Assembly (NCBI RefSeq): GCF_006345805.1
Contig: NC_042997.1
Location: forward strand, 117,552,001-117,616,000
Origin: Octopus sinensis
Lineage: Eukaryota
DNA: 64,000 nt
Direction of reading: 5' to 3'
The notes beneath the pieces are model-generated. The model was not told the origin of the DNA and ran no database searches. It was given only the letters and a program-made list of their open reading frames with translations. Within the stretch, counting starts at the first letter, position 1. Each line of letters opens with the position of its first letter. This document shows positions 52,021-64,000 of the stretch, piece after piece. Position numbers and translations under genes: made by a program.

Positions 52021-52739
52021 GGCATAGGAGTGGCTGTGTGGTAAGTAGCTTGCTTATGAACCACATGGTTCTGGGTTCAGTCCCGCTGCATGGCACCTTG
52101 GGCAAGCGTCTTCTACTATAGCATTGGGTCGACCAAAGCCTTGTGAGTGGATTTGGTAGACGGAAACTGAAAGAAGCCCATCGTATATATATAGGTATGT
52201 GTGTGTATATGTTTGTGTGTCTGTGTTTGTCCCCCCCAACATCGCTTGACAACCGATGCTGGTGTGTTTACATCCCCATAACTTAGCGGTTCGGCAACAT
52301 AGACCGATAGAATAAGTACTAGGCTTACGAAGAATAAGTCCTTGGGTCGATTTGCTTGACTAAAGATGGTGCTCCAGCATGGCCACAGTTAAATGACTGA
52401 AACAAGTAAAAGTGTAAAAGTGTAAGTGTAAGCAAATCGACCCCAGCACTTAATTTTTGAAACCTGATGCTAATTTTATTTGGCTCTTTTGCCTAACCGC
52501 TAAGTTATGGGAATGTAAATACGTCAACTCTGGGGAGAAACAAATACAGACACAGAGACTGCGGCCATGCTGGAGCACCACCTTTAGTTGAACAAATCAC
52601 CCCCAGGACTCTTTGTAAGCCTGGTATTTATTCTATTGGTTTCCTTTACTGAATCATTAAGTTACGGGGATGTAAACATACCAACATCGGTTATCAAGCC
52701 GGTTATCACACACACGCACACACACACACACACACACAC

Positions 52740-52773
<34 letters not shown>

Positions 52774-52930
52774 CGATGGGCTTCTTTCAGTTTCAATATA
52801 GCAAATACACTCACAAGGCTTTGGTCGGTCCAAGGCTATAGTAGAAGACACTGGCCCAAGATGTCATGCAGTGGAACTGAACCCAGGGCCAAGTGGTTGG
52901 GAAGTAAGCTTCTTAACACACTGCCACACC
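52021..52930. mobile_element. SINE group A pair (plus 52021-52412; minus about 52545-52930)
   Basis: Group A motifs on both strands. Confidence 0.82.
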
Positions 52931-52999
52931 AGCATGTGGTTCAAGAAACTATCAATAAATCAACTCGAAATACTGATTTTATGCCCACTTTCAAAAAGC

Positions 53000-53548
53000 G
53001 AAATGGTTGGTGTTAGGAAGGGCATCCAGGTGCAAAAACCCTGCCAAAACAGTTTGAGAAGTCTGGTGCACGTTTCTGCCTGGCTTGCTCCTGTCAAACT
53101 ACCCCACCCATTCCAGCATAGTAGGCGAACATTAAGCAATGATGATGATGATGAAGTATGTCGTCTATATCATTAATATACTGCCGGTGGCACATAAAAA
53201 GCACCATCCAAACGTGGTCAATACCAGCCCCCTCGCCCCGATTGGTTCCTATGCTGGTGGCATGTGAAAGTACCATCCAAACGTGGTCGATGCCACCCCC
53301 TCTGGCTCCCTTGCCAGTGGCATGTAAAAGCACCATCCAAATGTGGTCGATGCCAGCCTCCCCTGGCCCCTGTGCTGGTGGCACATGAAAAGCACCCACT
53401 ACACTCTCAGAGTGGTTGGTGTTAGGAAGGGCATCCAGCTGTGGAAACACTGCTAGATCAGATTGGAGCCTGGTGCAGCCACCTGGCTTCCCAGACCCCA
53501 CCAGTCAAACTGTCCAACCCATGCCAGCATGGAATACGGATGTTAAAC
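53000..53548 (+). mobile_element. Two (GAT)n-tailed RTE-related retroposons; the second has three tandem about 60-bp 5' units
   Basis: GGCA(C/T)(A/G)T(A/G)AAAG(C/T)ACCATCCAAA(C/T)GTGGTC repeated three times at 53184-53375. Confidence 0.7.
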
Positions 53549-53641
53549 GCTGGTGATGATGATGATGACTTGAAAGAAGGCATGCATGCTACAACTTCAC
53601 TTTTTACCCTCTAATAATTATAATCTTTGGTCAAAATATTG

Positions 53642-53898
53642 TTTGTAGTAAAGATTGTTTGCCAACATAACATGGCAGTCCTGGTTTAGGACTAATGTTG
53701 CTGTAATTTAGCCCCAGGAGACATCGTCTCCAGCTGGCTATACGACACTTAGCAGAGTGGACTTAGTGCTTTTTACAGCTTTTTGAAAATGGGAATTAAA
53801 ATCAGCTGGAGACGATGATTCCTGAGGCTAAATTACAGCAACATTAGTCCTAAACCAGGACTGCCATGCTTATGTTGGCAAACAATCTTTACTACAAA
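53642..53898. repeat. Inverted repeat, about 95-bp arms, 66-bp spacer
   Basis: 53642-53736 versus 53803-53898. Confidence 0.88.
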
Positions 53899-54867
53899 GT
53901 ACTGTTGCTGAATATCTCTCGTGAGAATTAAAATTAGTAATTTTCTAAAATATTGTTTATAGTACTTATTGAAAAAAAAAAACGAATCTCCAGTTAATGT
54001 TTTGGATCTACAAGTAGCAAGAAAACACTGTCGGATCAAGTGAAAACAGAAATGACATGATAAGTGAAAACTAATATTGATCAGCAGTAATTAGATGGAT
54101 AAATTAAACTAAAGCGACGGGCTATTTTATAATGTCAATAACAATTATACTAATTATACTCTTGGTATCGTTAAAAAATGTCAACAGAGGTTGATATTAT
54201 ATATTCTATTATTCTTTTACTTGTTTTATTCATTTGACTGTGGCCATGATGGAGCACTGCCTTTAGTCGAGCAAATTGACATGCAGGATTTATTCTTTGT
54301 TGGCTTAGTACTTGGTGGAGGTGGTGGGACAAACACAGACACAAAGACGCACACACACAAAGATATATATATACATATATATTCAATTAGAGGTTAAATT
54401 AGCCTTATTAAGGGATGGTATCATCCAATGAATTATTGGTTTAATGCCTAATATTTGTTGTGAATTTCATAAAACAATAGGTTTATATATAAATCATGGT
54501 TTATGATCATTCAAAAGAAAGTAAGAAAATGGAGATATAACATTTGATAAAAATTTAGCATCTGCAAAATCAAACATGGTCCCTTACAGCTGTTTCAGTT
54601 AGGCCTAATAGATTAAAATAATAATTAAATAAAATCATTATATTAGACAAAATTTCTTCAGAGGGGTAGAAAAAAGAGGTTTTGCCAAATGTAATGAATT
54701 CTGTAGTTTTGATACCAGTTATCTGCTTGGGTGGAATATAATTATTGTTATGTAGGCATGGTTTACACAGCAGAAGTGTCTGAAGTAAGTAAAAAGTGTA
54801 TTGGTACATATAAATAAAGGCAGATAAATAAAGAACAGTATAAACAGTTCTTAACTGAAAAACAAAA

Positions 54868-55282
54868 GGCGCAGGAGCGACTGTGTGGTAAGTAGCTTGC
54901 TTACCAACCACATGGTTCCGGGTTCAGTCCCACTATGTGGCACCTTCGGCAAGTGTCTTCTACTACAGCCTTGAGCCGACCAAAGCCTTGTTAGAGGATT
55001 TGGTAGATGGAAACTGAAAGAAGCCTGTCTTATATATGTATATATTTATATGTATGTGTGTGCATATGTTTGTGTGTCTGTGTTTGTCCCCCCACGCCCC
55101 CAACATCACTTGACAACCGATGCTGGTGTTTTTACACCCCGTGACTTAGCGGTTCGGCAAAAGAGATCAATAGAATAAGTACTAGGCCTACAAAGAATAA
55201 GTCCTGGGGTCGATTTGCTCGACTAAAGGCAGTGCTCCAGCATGGCCACAGACAAATGACTGAAACAAGTAAAAGAGTAAAG
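54868..55282 (+). mobile_element. SINE group A, full length
   Basis: Full head to tail match. Confidence 0.88.
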
Positions 55283-55712
55283 AGTATTAAAACCCCACCC
55301 AGCATACATACACTTTCTTCTTTCTTTCAAACATTCTATTACCAGTTAAGAATAATTATACTTTTTCTTTGTCTTCTCAAAAATTTTTGCTCCAATAATT
55401 TATACTTCAGTTTATCATTAGTTCAAATCAAGTTACATAACTGTATAAGCCATCCTTGCATGACACTAATTATACTCCACTCCAGCATAGTTCTAAGTCA
55501 CAATCCAAATTTTCCTTGTAAAAAATATATTTAATACTCTATTTAATTGAATTGAGCACTCTTTCAGTAAATGTTTGATTGGAAAATAATCGTTCTAGAG
55601 CAAATGTCCATAAACAAATTTCCAAAACCACTGATATGAAATGCAGAAGACCAAACTGTGTTATACTCGAAGGATAGCTCAGAGTCCAAGGTCAAAATAG
55701 CCAAATATTTAA

Positions 55713-56083
55713 CCCTTTCATTACCAGCCCAGCTGAAACCGGCACTGGCTCTGAGTACTAATGTCTTGTTGAATCAAAATCTTCCACCAAACCTTAGTCA
55801 CAATTTATGCTCCTAACTCTAGCTTAATGATAACTAAGTTATTTTACTAAATTTTTTGTTATATTTAAAGTACTCTTTACTCTTTTATTTGTTTCAGTCA
55901 TTTGACTGTGGTCATGCTGGAGCACTGCCTTTAGTCGAGCAAATCGACACCCAGGACTTGTTCTTTGTAAGCTTAGTACTTATTCTAACGGTTTCTTTTG
56001 CCGAACCGCTAAATTACGGAGACGCAAACACACCAGCATCGGTTGTCAAGCGATGTTGAGGAGACAGACACACACACATACAT

Positions 56084-56132
<49 letters not shown>

Positions 56133-56353
56133 TATATATATATACGATGGACTTCTTTCAGTTTCCGTCTACCAAATCCATTCACAAGGCTTTGGTCGAC
56201 CTGAGGCTATAGTAGAAGACACTTGCCCAAGGTACCATGCAGTGGGACTGAACCCAGAACTATGTGGTTGGTAAGCAAGCTACTTACCACACAGTCACTC
56301 CTACGCCTGAAAGAAATACAGAGCATCTCAAAATAAATACAGTAACGAAAGGG
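55713..56353. mobile_element. piggyBac-like MITE containing a full minus-strand SINE group A (about 55871-56308)
   Basis: TTAA|CCCTTTCATTAC ... GTAACGAAAGGG|TTAA. Confidence 0.82.
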
Positions 56354-56599
56354 TTAATGCAAAAGAATTTTACTTGCAACTGTCAGTACAGAAATGAACC
56401 TATTTGATTTTTAAATATTTCCAATTTATCAATGCTCTGACAACAATGAATAAATAAATATAAACAATTCATTAAAAGAGATAAGCCACATATAAATACT
56501 TGATTAACAGTCACTGTGAGTAACATGCCTTGTTATAAGGAATAGCATTTGGTTGTAAAGCACTAATGAAGAAGATATGTCCAACTATACTTGGGTTAT

Positions 56600-56852
56600 G
56601 TCTGTCGTGAGCAAAAGGACTCATAAAGCCAGAGTATAACCTGGTTTCCATGTTGACTGAGATTGCAACACTCCTCCTGGATGGGGAGCTAGTCCATCTT
56701 ATCAACTAATGCTGAAGCTCGTTTACAGTTGTTTAGTGGAGTGGAACAACATGAAATGAAATGTTTTTGCCCGAGAGCACAAAGCATTGCCCAAACCAGG
56801 AATGAAAATCATGTTCTCACGATTGTGAGTGCAACACTCTAACTACGGTGCC
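56600..56852 (-). mobile_element. Old CORE+V-type SINE, degenerate
   Basis: Similar to 34775-35027 (GATGGACTAGCTCCCCATCCAGG; GCAAAAACATTTCATTTCATG). Confidence 0.5.
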
Positions 56853-57697
56853 AAGATGGAAAACTAGTCATGAAACAATGTTAAAATGATGAGGATGAAA
56901 TGCTAAAGAAATGGGTTGTTGTTCTGAAATAATAAACAAGAATCAGAAAGAGGACATCGAGGAAAGAACGGATAGTCATTCTGAGATGGAAACAGGAACC
57001 ATGGAGAAGTCATTGAGGAAATAAAAAGAATGATTGATCACTGCAAGATAATGAGTGGAACACTGAATTAGGTCATTGGCAATGAATAAATATAATGAGA
57101 AAATGGTGAAGGAAAACATGATTTATATTGAAGAGATGATAGAAAATGGAAGGCTTCTTAAATAATGAAAAAAAGATAAATAGGAGAGAGTAGGAGACAA
57201 GAAAAAGCTTAAATGTAAAGGAGGAGGAGGAGGAAGAGGAGGAGTGAACAAAAGAGGCAAAGCGAAATGGTGCCATAGGGTAGGAGGGATTTAAAAAAGA
57301 AAGCACATGAGAGTAGGTAGAGCCAGGAAAAAATGTGAGTGAGGAAGAGATGATAGAATAAAAGAGAAAGAGGAGTGAAAAGAAAGTGGAGGGTCAGAGC
57401 CAAAATGCCAAAAAAGATGAGAAGAAGAGCAAGGAAAGAAGAAAGAAAAAGAAGAAAGAAATACTAGAAGATGCAAAAGAGTAGAGGCAGAAGTATATAC
57501 CTGTGTTATCTGCACCTCTTGGTATGATGACATCAGCATATTTCTTTGTCTAAAACACAAAACAAAGTTTTTAAAAAATCATGAATGCAAGATGATACAT
57601 AAGTCTGCAATTTCTAACAATTAAATGTATTTTTTTGTTTTGGTTTTCGGGTAAGAAGCCATAATCTGTAGCATAAATGACAACAACAAAATACAAT

Positions 57698-57962
57698 GTT
57701 CTTTTCTACTCTAGGCACAAGGCCTGAAATTTTGGAGAAGGGGTCAGTCGATTGGATCGACCCCGGCACTTAATTTATCGACCCCAGTATGCAACTGGTA
57801 CTTAATTCATCAATTCCGGTATGCGACTGGTACTTCATTTATTGACCCCAGTATGCAACTGATACTTAATTCATCGACACCAGTACACAACTGGTACTTA
57901 ATTTATCGACTCCGGTATGCAACTGGTACTTAATTCATTGACCCTGATATGCAACTGGTACT
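57698..57962 (-). repeat. SINE group B fragment with a 32-bp unit repeated about six times
   Basis: Unit ATCGACCCCAGTATGCAACTGGTACTTAATTC from about 57777. Confidence 0.85.
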
Positions 57963-58289
57963 ATATGCTTGAAATCTATGGTGCTACCTATATAGATTTT
58001 TGCTTGGTATTTAATGTTTTTACATGACATTTATAAACTACATTTTTATGCAGACAAAAGCCTCCAAGCAGGCATTCATTAGGTATATGACAATTACAGG
58101 TTTTCCTATTTGTTCTACCAATTATATTGGTTGTGTTGTTGCTATTTCAACTAAAAGATGGTGCTCCAGCATGGCCACAGTCTAGTGACCGAAAAGAGTA
58201 AAAGAGTAATAAATATGCTGGACTATTCTCCCTCTCATTAGCAGCTACTCTAATATATAACATAAACAGTAAACTATTACACATTGTTA

Positions 58290-58560
58290 ATTAGTTAGTT
58301 AATTAGCTAATTCTCTCCATGCCACGAGGCACACAAGACCACAACATGATCCCTCCACCCAGCTGTTTTTTGGCACTGTTTTGGTTTCATTCCAGCTTCT
58401 CCACCCTTCAGGTGTCCTTTCCTTGTCAATAGTCCTTCTGCTGCTCTTTTCCCACCAGGCTTCAACTTTAGTGCCATCATACAATTGCATTCTTAATCTT
58501 GTCTGAGGATGTGTCCTATCTATTTCCAGCATCTTCATCTTATTTTGTCACTAAACCAAC
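58290..58560 (-). mobile_element. Decayed RTE LINE C-terminal fragment
   Basis: RRTIDKERTPEGWRSWNE...SW-GSCCGLVC resembles RTE ORF ends. Confidence 0.55.
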
Positions 58561-58828
58561 TGATGCCTTTTGTCATCTCATTTGTGTCATTTTGGACTCT
58601 TTGCAGCCTCAATATTAAACATTGTTACTTCTGTTATGTGTGTGTATGTATATATATTATATTATATTACAAAATTTTATATTATAATATATAATCGCTC
58701 TTATTAAATGTCTAAATACCTTTAAATGTTTTAGACATTTCCCTACCAAGAGCACTTATTAGAAATTCAGTATATTGTATTCTCATTGAATATATTTGAT
58801 TAACGATATATATATATATATTATATAT

Positions 58829-59223
58829 TCTTTTCTACTCTAGGCACAAGACCTGAAATTTTGGGGGAGGGGGCCAGTCGGTTAGATCGACCCCAGTACA
58901 CAACAGGTACTTAATTTATCAACCCCAAAAGGATGAAAGGCAAAGTCAAACTCGGCGGAATTTGAACTCAGAAGGTAAAGACAGACAAAATACCTATTTC
59001 TTTACTACCCACAAGGGGCAACTCAGAGTGGACAAACAAGGACAGACAAATGGATTAAGTCATTTATATCGACTCCATTATGTAACTGGTACTTATTTAA
59101 TCGACTCTGAAAGGATGAAAGGCAAAGTCGACCTCGGCGGAATTTGAACTCAGAACGTAGCGGCAGACAAAATACCGCTAAGCATTTCACCCAGCGTGCT
59201 AATGATTCTGCCAGCTCGCCACC
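58829..59223 (-). mobile_element. SINE group B dimer
   Basis: Two core units, one full head. Confidence 0.82.
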
Positions 59224-59454
59224 TTTACATATATATATGTATATTGAGTTAGAAAGCAGAAAGATCTAATGGATACAAATTAATTTATTAATTAATCAGC
59301 ATATCCATTAGATCTCTGTTTTCTAACTCAATAAAAATGTCTGATATCTTACAATATTATATATACTATATTCCTTCAAGGATTTTCTCTTCAAAATTTA
59401 ATGTATGAAATCAGTGTATCTTGGATAAATATCCCTATAAGAGGTTTGAATATC

Positions 59455-60117
59455 CTCATCATCATCATCATCATCATCATTTAGCATCCGCTTTCCATGC
59501 TAGCATGGGTTGGACGGGTCAACTGGGGTCTGTGAAGCTGGAAGGCTTCGTCAGGCCCAGTCAGATCTGGCAGTGTTTCTACGGCTGGATGCCCTTCCTA
59601 ACGCCAACCACTCCGCGAGTGTAGTGGGTGTTTTTTACGTGCCACCTGCAAAGGTGCCAGACAGAGCTGGCGAACGGCCACGAACGGATGGTGCTTTTAC
59701 GTGTCACCGGCACGGGGCCAGGCGATGCTGGCAACGGACACGAACGGATGGTGCTTTTACGTGCCACTGACACGGGGCCAGACAGAGCTGGAAAACGGCC
59801 ACGAACGGACGGTGCTTTTACGTGTCACCGGCACGGGGGCCAGCCGAGGCTGGCAACGGATGCGAACGGATGGTGCTTTTACGTGCCACCGACACGGTTG
59901 CCAGACAGAGCTGGCAAACGGCCACGAACGGATGGTGCTTTTACGTGTCACCGGCACGGGGGCCAGCCGAGGCTGGCAACGGACACGAACGGATGGTGCT
60001 TTTACGTGCCACCGACACGGGGCCAGACAGAGCTGGCAAACGGCCACGAGCGAATGGTGCTTTTACGTATCACCGGCACGGGTGCCAGACGAGGCTGACA
60101 GCGGACACAAACGGATG
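59455..60117 (-). mobile_element. (GAT)n-tailed RTE-related retroposon with an eight-unit (AB)4 minisatellite of 60-62 bp
   Basis: GTG(T/C)TTTTAC anchors at about 59631, 59691, 59751, 59812, 59873, 59935, 59996 and 60057. Confidence 0.85.
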
Positions 60118-60145
60118 AGTCATTTAACCCCTGCTTTCTGATATA

Positions 60146-62660
60146 TGATTTGATTTTGATTGTTCTCACTGGTCTTGCCGGGTCTTCTCACGCACAGCAT
60201 ACTTCCATAGGTCTCGGTCTCTGGTCATTTCCTTGGTGAGACCTAGAGTTCGAAGGTCGTGCTTCACCACCTCGACCCAGGTTTTCCTGGGTCTACCTCT
60301 TCCACAGGTCCCCTCAACTGCCAGGGTGTGGCACTTTTTCACACACCTATCTTCATCCATTCTCACCACATGTCCATACCAGCGCAATCGTCTCTCTTGC
60401 ACACAACATCTGATGCCTCTTAGGTCCAACTTTTCTCTCAAGGTACTTACACTCTGTCGACTATGAACACTGACATTACACATCCAACGGAGCATACTAG
60501 CTTCATTTCTCGCTTACGCATGTCCTCAGCAGTCACGGCCCATGTTTCACTGCCATGTAGCATGGCTGTTCGTACACATGCATCATACAGTCTGCCTTTT
60601 ACTCTGAGCGAGAGGCCTTTAGTCACCAACAGAGGTAAGAGCTCCCTAAACTTTGCCAGGCTATTCTTACTCTAACCGTTACACTTTCAGCACACCTACC
60701 CCCACTACTGATGGAAGCTATCAACTACTTCTAGTTTTTCCCCTTGGAAAGTGACGGAAGTTGTTTTCTGCAGATTTTCAGAGGTTAATGCTCCCGAGCA
60801 TCTGCCACATACAAAAACCATCTTCCTAGTTAGCCTTCCTATGACATTGCTGCACCTCTTATGTGTCCATAGCTTACACTTGGTGCATCTTATAGAGTTT
60901 CTACCTACACCTTTTCTACAGATCGAGCAGGGCCATCTACCTGAAGGCGTTTGTGATTTGTCTACCTTCCTACTTATTAGGACTTTGGTTTTAGCTAGGT
61001 TGACTCTAAGGCCCTTCGATTCTAAACCATGCTTCCACACCTGAAACTTCTTCTCCAGTTCTGATAATGACTCAGCAATTAGAGCAAGGTCATCAGCATA
61101 GAGGAGCTCCCAGGGGCATCCTGTCTTGAATTTCTCCGTTATTGCCTGGAGGACTATGATAAATAGGAGGGGGCTGAGGACTGAGCCTTGGTGGACCCCT
61201 ACCTCAACCCGGAATTCTTCACTGTACTCATTGCCAACCCTCACCTTACTAGCAGCGTCCCTGTACATGGCTTGCACAGCTCTCACTAACCATTCATCTA
61301 TTCCTAGTTTCCTCATTGACCACCATATGAGGGATCGGGGGACCCTGTCGAAGGCTTTCTCCATGTCAACAAAAGCCAGGTACAGGGGCTTATCTTTGGC
61401 TAGGTATTTCTCCTGCAGCTGCCTTACCAGGAATATAGCATCAGTGGTACTTTTCCCTGGCACGAAACCAAACTGCATCTCATCTAAACTAACTCTCTCT
61501 CTAATTAGTTGGCTTATGACCTTCTCTGTAACCTTCATCACCTGATCCAACAGCTTGATACCTCTGTAATTATTTGTATCTAGGGCATCACCTTTACCTT
61601 TGTAGCAGTTGACTATTATGCTGTTACACCAGTCATTGGGTATGACTCCTCCATGTATCACCTGATTAACTATACAGGTGACTAGGCTATAGCCGACACT
61701 ACCAGATATTTTGAGCATCTCTGCAGTGATACCTGATGGGCCTGGGGCTTTCCCTGTCTTCATGCTTCTAATTGCCTTAGCTACTAAGGAACTATCAACC
61801 CTGATAGCTGGTCCCTCTGTTGGGTCAACGTTCGGCAGACTCTCTTTATCCCATTCATTTTCTTTATTCAGCAACCTTTCATAGTGGCGTCTCCAAGCCT
61901 CTCTCTTTGCATCCTCGTTTAGCGCAAGTGAACCATCTTCCATGCGAACACACTTCTCTCCCACCACATCACAATTCTCTCTCACACACTGTCTTGCAAC
62001 GCGAAACACCTCCAGTCTTTGGTCCTCACGGCGCAGAACATTGGCAAATTTTTTCTTATCTGCTTCCCCTCTGGCTAGATAGACCTGTCTCCTAGCTTCC
62101 CTTTTAGCAGTCTGATACAATTCCCTGCTACCACCATTCTTCCAGTGCTTCCAAGTCTGTCTCTTTTCTCTAATAGCCCTATCTACGACACTGTTCCACC
62201 ACCACGTTAACTTGGGACGAGAGGGGACTTTGCACCAGCCACAGATCTGGTCAGTGGCTCTCAGCAGGTTGTCCCTTAGAAACGTCCAGTTGTCCTCTAC
62301 TCCATGTGATACTCTATCCCCTTCTACTTCGTCAAAGGCTTCAAGTAACATGTCTCTAAATCTCTGTCCATTCACAGGATCCTTAAGCTTCCAGATCCTT
62401 CTTCTCCATGTTGGTCGTCTTCTGGTTGTCCTCCTACTCCTGATCCTAAAGTCACTAACTACCAGTCTATGTTGTGGGGTACATTCTTCGCCCGGGAAGG
62501 TTTTGGCATTTATAAGTAGCCATCTCTCCCTTTGCCTGGCAAGGATGTAGTCAATTTGGCTGGTATGTTGGCCCGATCGGTAGGTGACTAGGTGGCTGGT
62601 AGGTTTCCTGAAGTTAGTGTTGCAAATCATAAGATTATTTGCATCGCAGAACTCCAGAAT
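60146..62660 (-). mobile_element. Young 5'-truncated RTE-clade LINE: EN C-terminus, RT, PHD-like finger, C-terminal domain, (AAATC)n tail
   Basis: About 650 open codons with QIDYIL, PGPSGI, YRGIKLL, QFGF, FVDMEKAFDRV, GVHQGSVLSP, YADD; small frameshifts near 60705 and 60500; stop at 60166. Confidence 0.95.
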
Positions 62661-62670
62661 TATGTATATA

Positions 62671-62715
62671 CAGGGGTTGGACAAAATAATGGAAATACCT
62701 AGCATCATAGCATCA
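62671..62715 (+). mobile_element. Tc1-like TIR fragment
   Basis: TA-CAGGGGTTGGACAAAATAATGGAAATACC. Confidence 0.55.
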
Positions 62716-62729
62716 TAATTTTGAAATTC

Positions 62730-63056
62730 TTTTACTCTTTTATCTATTTCAGTCATTTGACTGTGGCCATGTTGGAGCACCACTTTTAGTTGAGCAAATC
62801 AACCCCAGTACTTATTCTTTGTAAGCCTAGTACTTATTCTATCGGTGTCTTTTGCTGAACCACTAAGTTACGGGGACGCAAACACAACACCATCGGTTGT
62901 CAAGCAATGTTGGGGGGACAAACACAGACACACAAACACATACACACACATACATGTATATATACGTATATACGACAGGCTTCTTTTCAGCTTCCGTCTA
63001 CCAAATCCACTCACAAGGCTTTGGTCGGCCCAAGGCTATAGTAGGAGGCACTTGCC
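62730..63056 (-). mobile_element. SINE group A lacking its head
   Basis: Tail and middle present; breaks at GCACTTGCC where the RTE fragment starts. Confidence 0.82.
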
Positions 63057-63960
63057 TATAAGAATAGCCTGGGCAAAGTTCAGAGAGCTCCTACCTCTGC
63101 TGGCAACTAAGGGCCTCTCATTCAGGGTGAAAGGTAGACTGTATGATGCATGTGTGTGAACTGCCATGCTACATGGCAGTGAAACATGGGCCATAACTGC
63201 TGAGGACATGCATACGCTTGGAAGAAATGAAGCTAGTATGATCTGCTGGATGTGTAATGTCAGTGTGCATACACAACAGAGTTTAAGGACCTTGAGAGAA
63301 AAGTTGGACATAAGAAGCATCAAATGTGGAGTGCAAGAGAGACAACTGTGCTGGTATGGTCATGTGTTACATATGGATGAGGACAGCTGTGTGAGGAAGT
63401 GCCACACCCTCACAGTGGAAAGAACCTGTGGAAGAGGTAGACCCAGGAAGAAATGGGGTGGGGTGGTGAAGCATGACCTTCAAATGTTGGGCCTTACAGA
63501 GGCAATGACAAGAGACTGAAACTGTTAGAGATATGTTGTGACTGAGAAAACCTGGCAACTAAAGTGAGATCACAGCCATGGGCTGATGCCAGTGTTGCAT
63601 GACTGGCCCATTTAAGAGTACCCTTGAAGCATGGGGTGATATGATATGCTTGTATAGACCTGTTCAGTCAAGTAAAATTGAAATCATAGCCTTGGTTAGT
63701 GCCGCCTGACTGGCATCGACCAAGCTCAGATGGTGCTTTTTATGTGCCACTGGCATGGGAGTCAGTCAGGCAGCACAGGAGCCAGTCAGACAGCACTGGC
63801 ATTGGCTATGCTCGAATGGTACTTTTTACATGGTACTGGCACAGGTGCAAATCAGGTAGCACTGGCATCAGCCATGCCTACAATTTCACTTAACTCAACA
63901 GGTCTTCTCAAGCACAGCATATTGCCTGATGATTCATCGGTACTTTTAAACGGGCCACTG
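63057..63960 (+). mobile_element. Second, older RTE copy (C-terminal ORF and probable 3' UTR)
   Basis: IRIAWAKFRELLPLLATKG...MLHGSETWA...WYGHVLHMDED...RGRPRK, homologous to 60166-60680. Confidence 0.85.
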
Positions 63961-64000
63961 GCATAGTTATATTTCACCATCATTTTAATAACATCCACTT

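Noticed and set aside
53685-53740. Hammerhead in the 95-bp inverted repeat
   Set aside because: Core reads CTAATGT, GAAAC is absent in both arms and stem II is poor.
62661-62783. First about 40 aa of the 692-aa ORF
   Set aside because: Made of a SINE tail and a Tc1 TIR fragment that happen to be in frame; the LINE starts near 62660.

Overview
AT-rich, repeat-saturated eukaryotic DNA. The SINE, LINE and microsatellite content fits an octopus (coleoid) genome; this is inferred from repeat types, not proven. Only one host coding exon is supported: the first coding exon of a sodium:solute symporter (SLC5, SMCT/NIS/SMVT-like) at 1276-1611 on the minus strand, with a splice acceptor directly before its ATG. 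The rest is transposon-derived or simple repeat: three tRNA-derived SINE groups (about 40 copies), LINE relics (CR1/L2-like, R4/Dong-like, RTE), a Penelope-like element, mariner/Tc1, hAT, piggyBac-like and Helitron/Helentron-like non-autonomous elements, foldback elements and minisatellites. Best leads: (1) a Penelope-like element whose two inverted terminal repeats each carry a complete minimal hammerhead ribozyme fold with a compensatory U3-A8 core; (2) several other foldback elements beside (TA)n arrays, some with hammerhead-like halves; (3) a young RTE LINE whose ORF has a C4HC3 PHD-type finger just after the RT; (4) a LINE 3' tail shared with a SINE family, with stem covariation; (5) multimeric SINEs bracketed by target-site duplications. 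Family names come from motif recognition by eye; no database search was run. Repeat boundaries are approximate unless a TSD or TIR is quoted.
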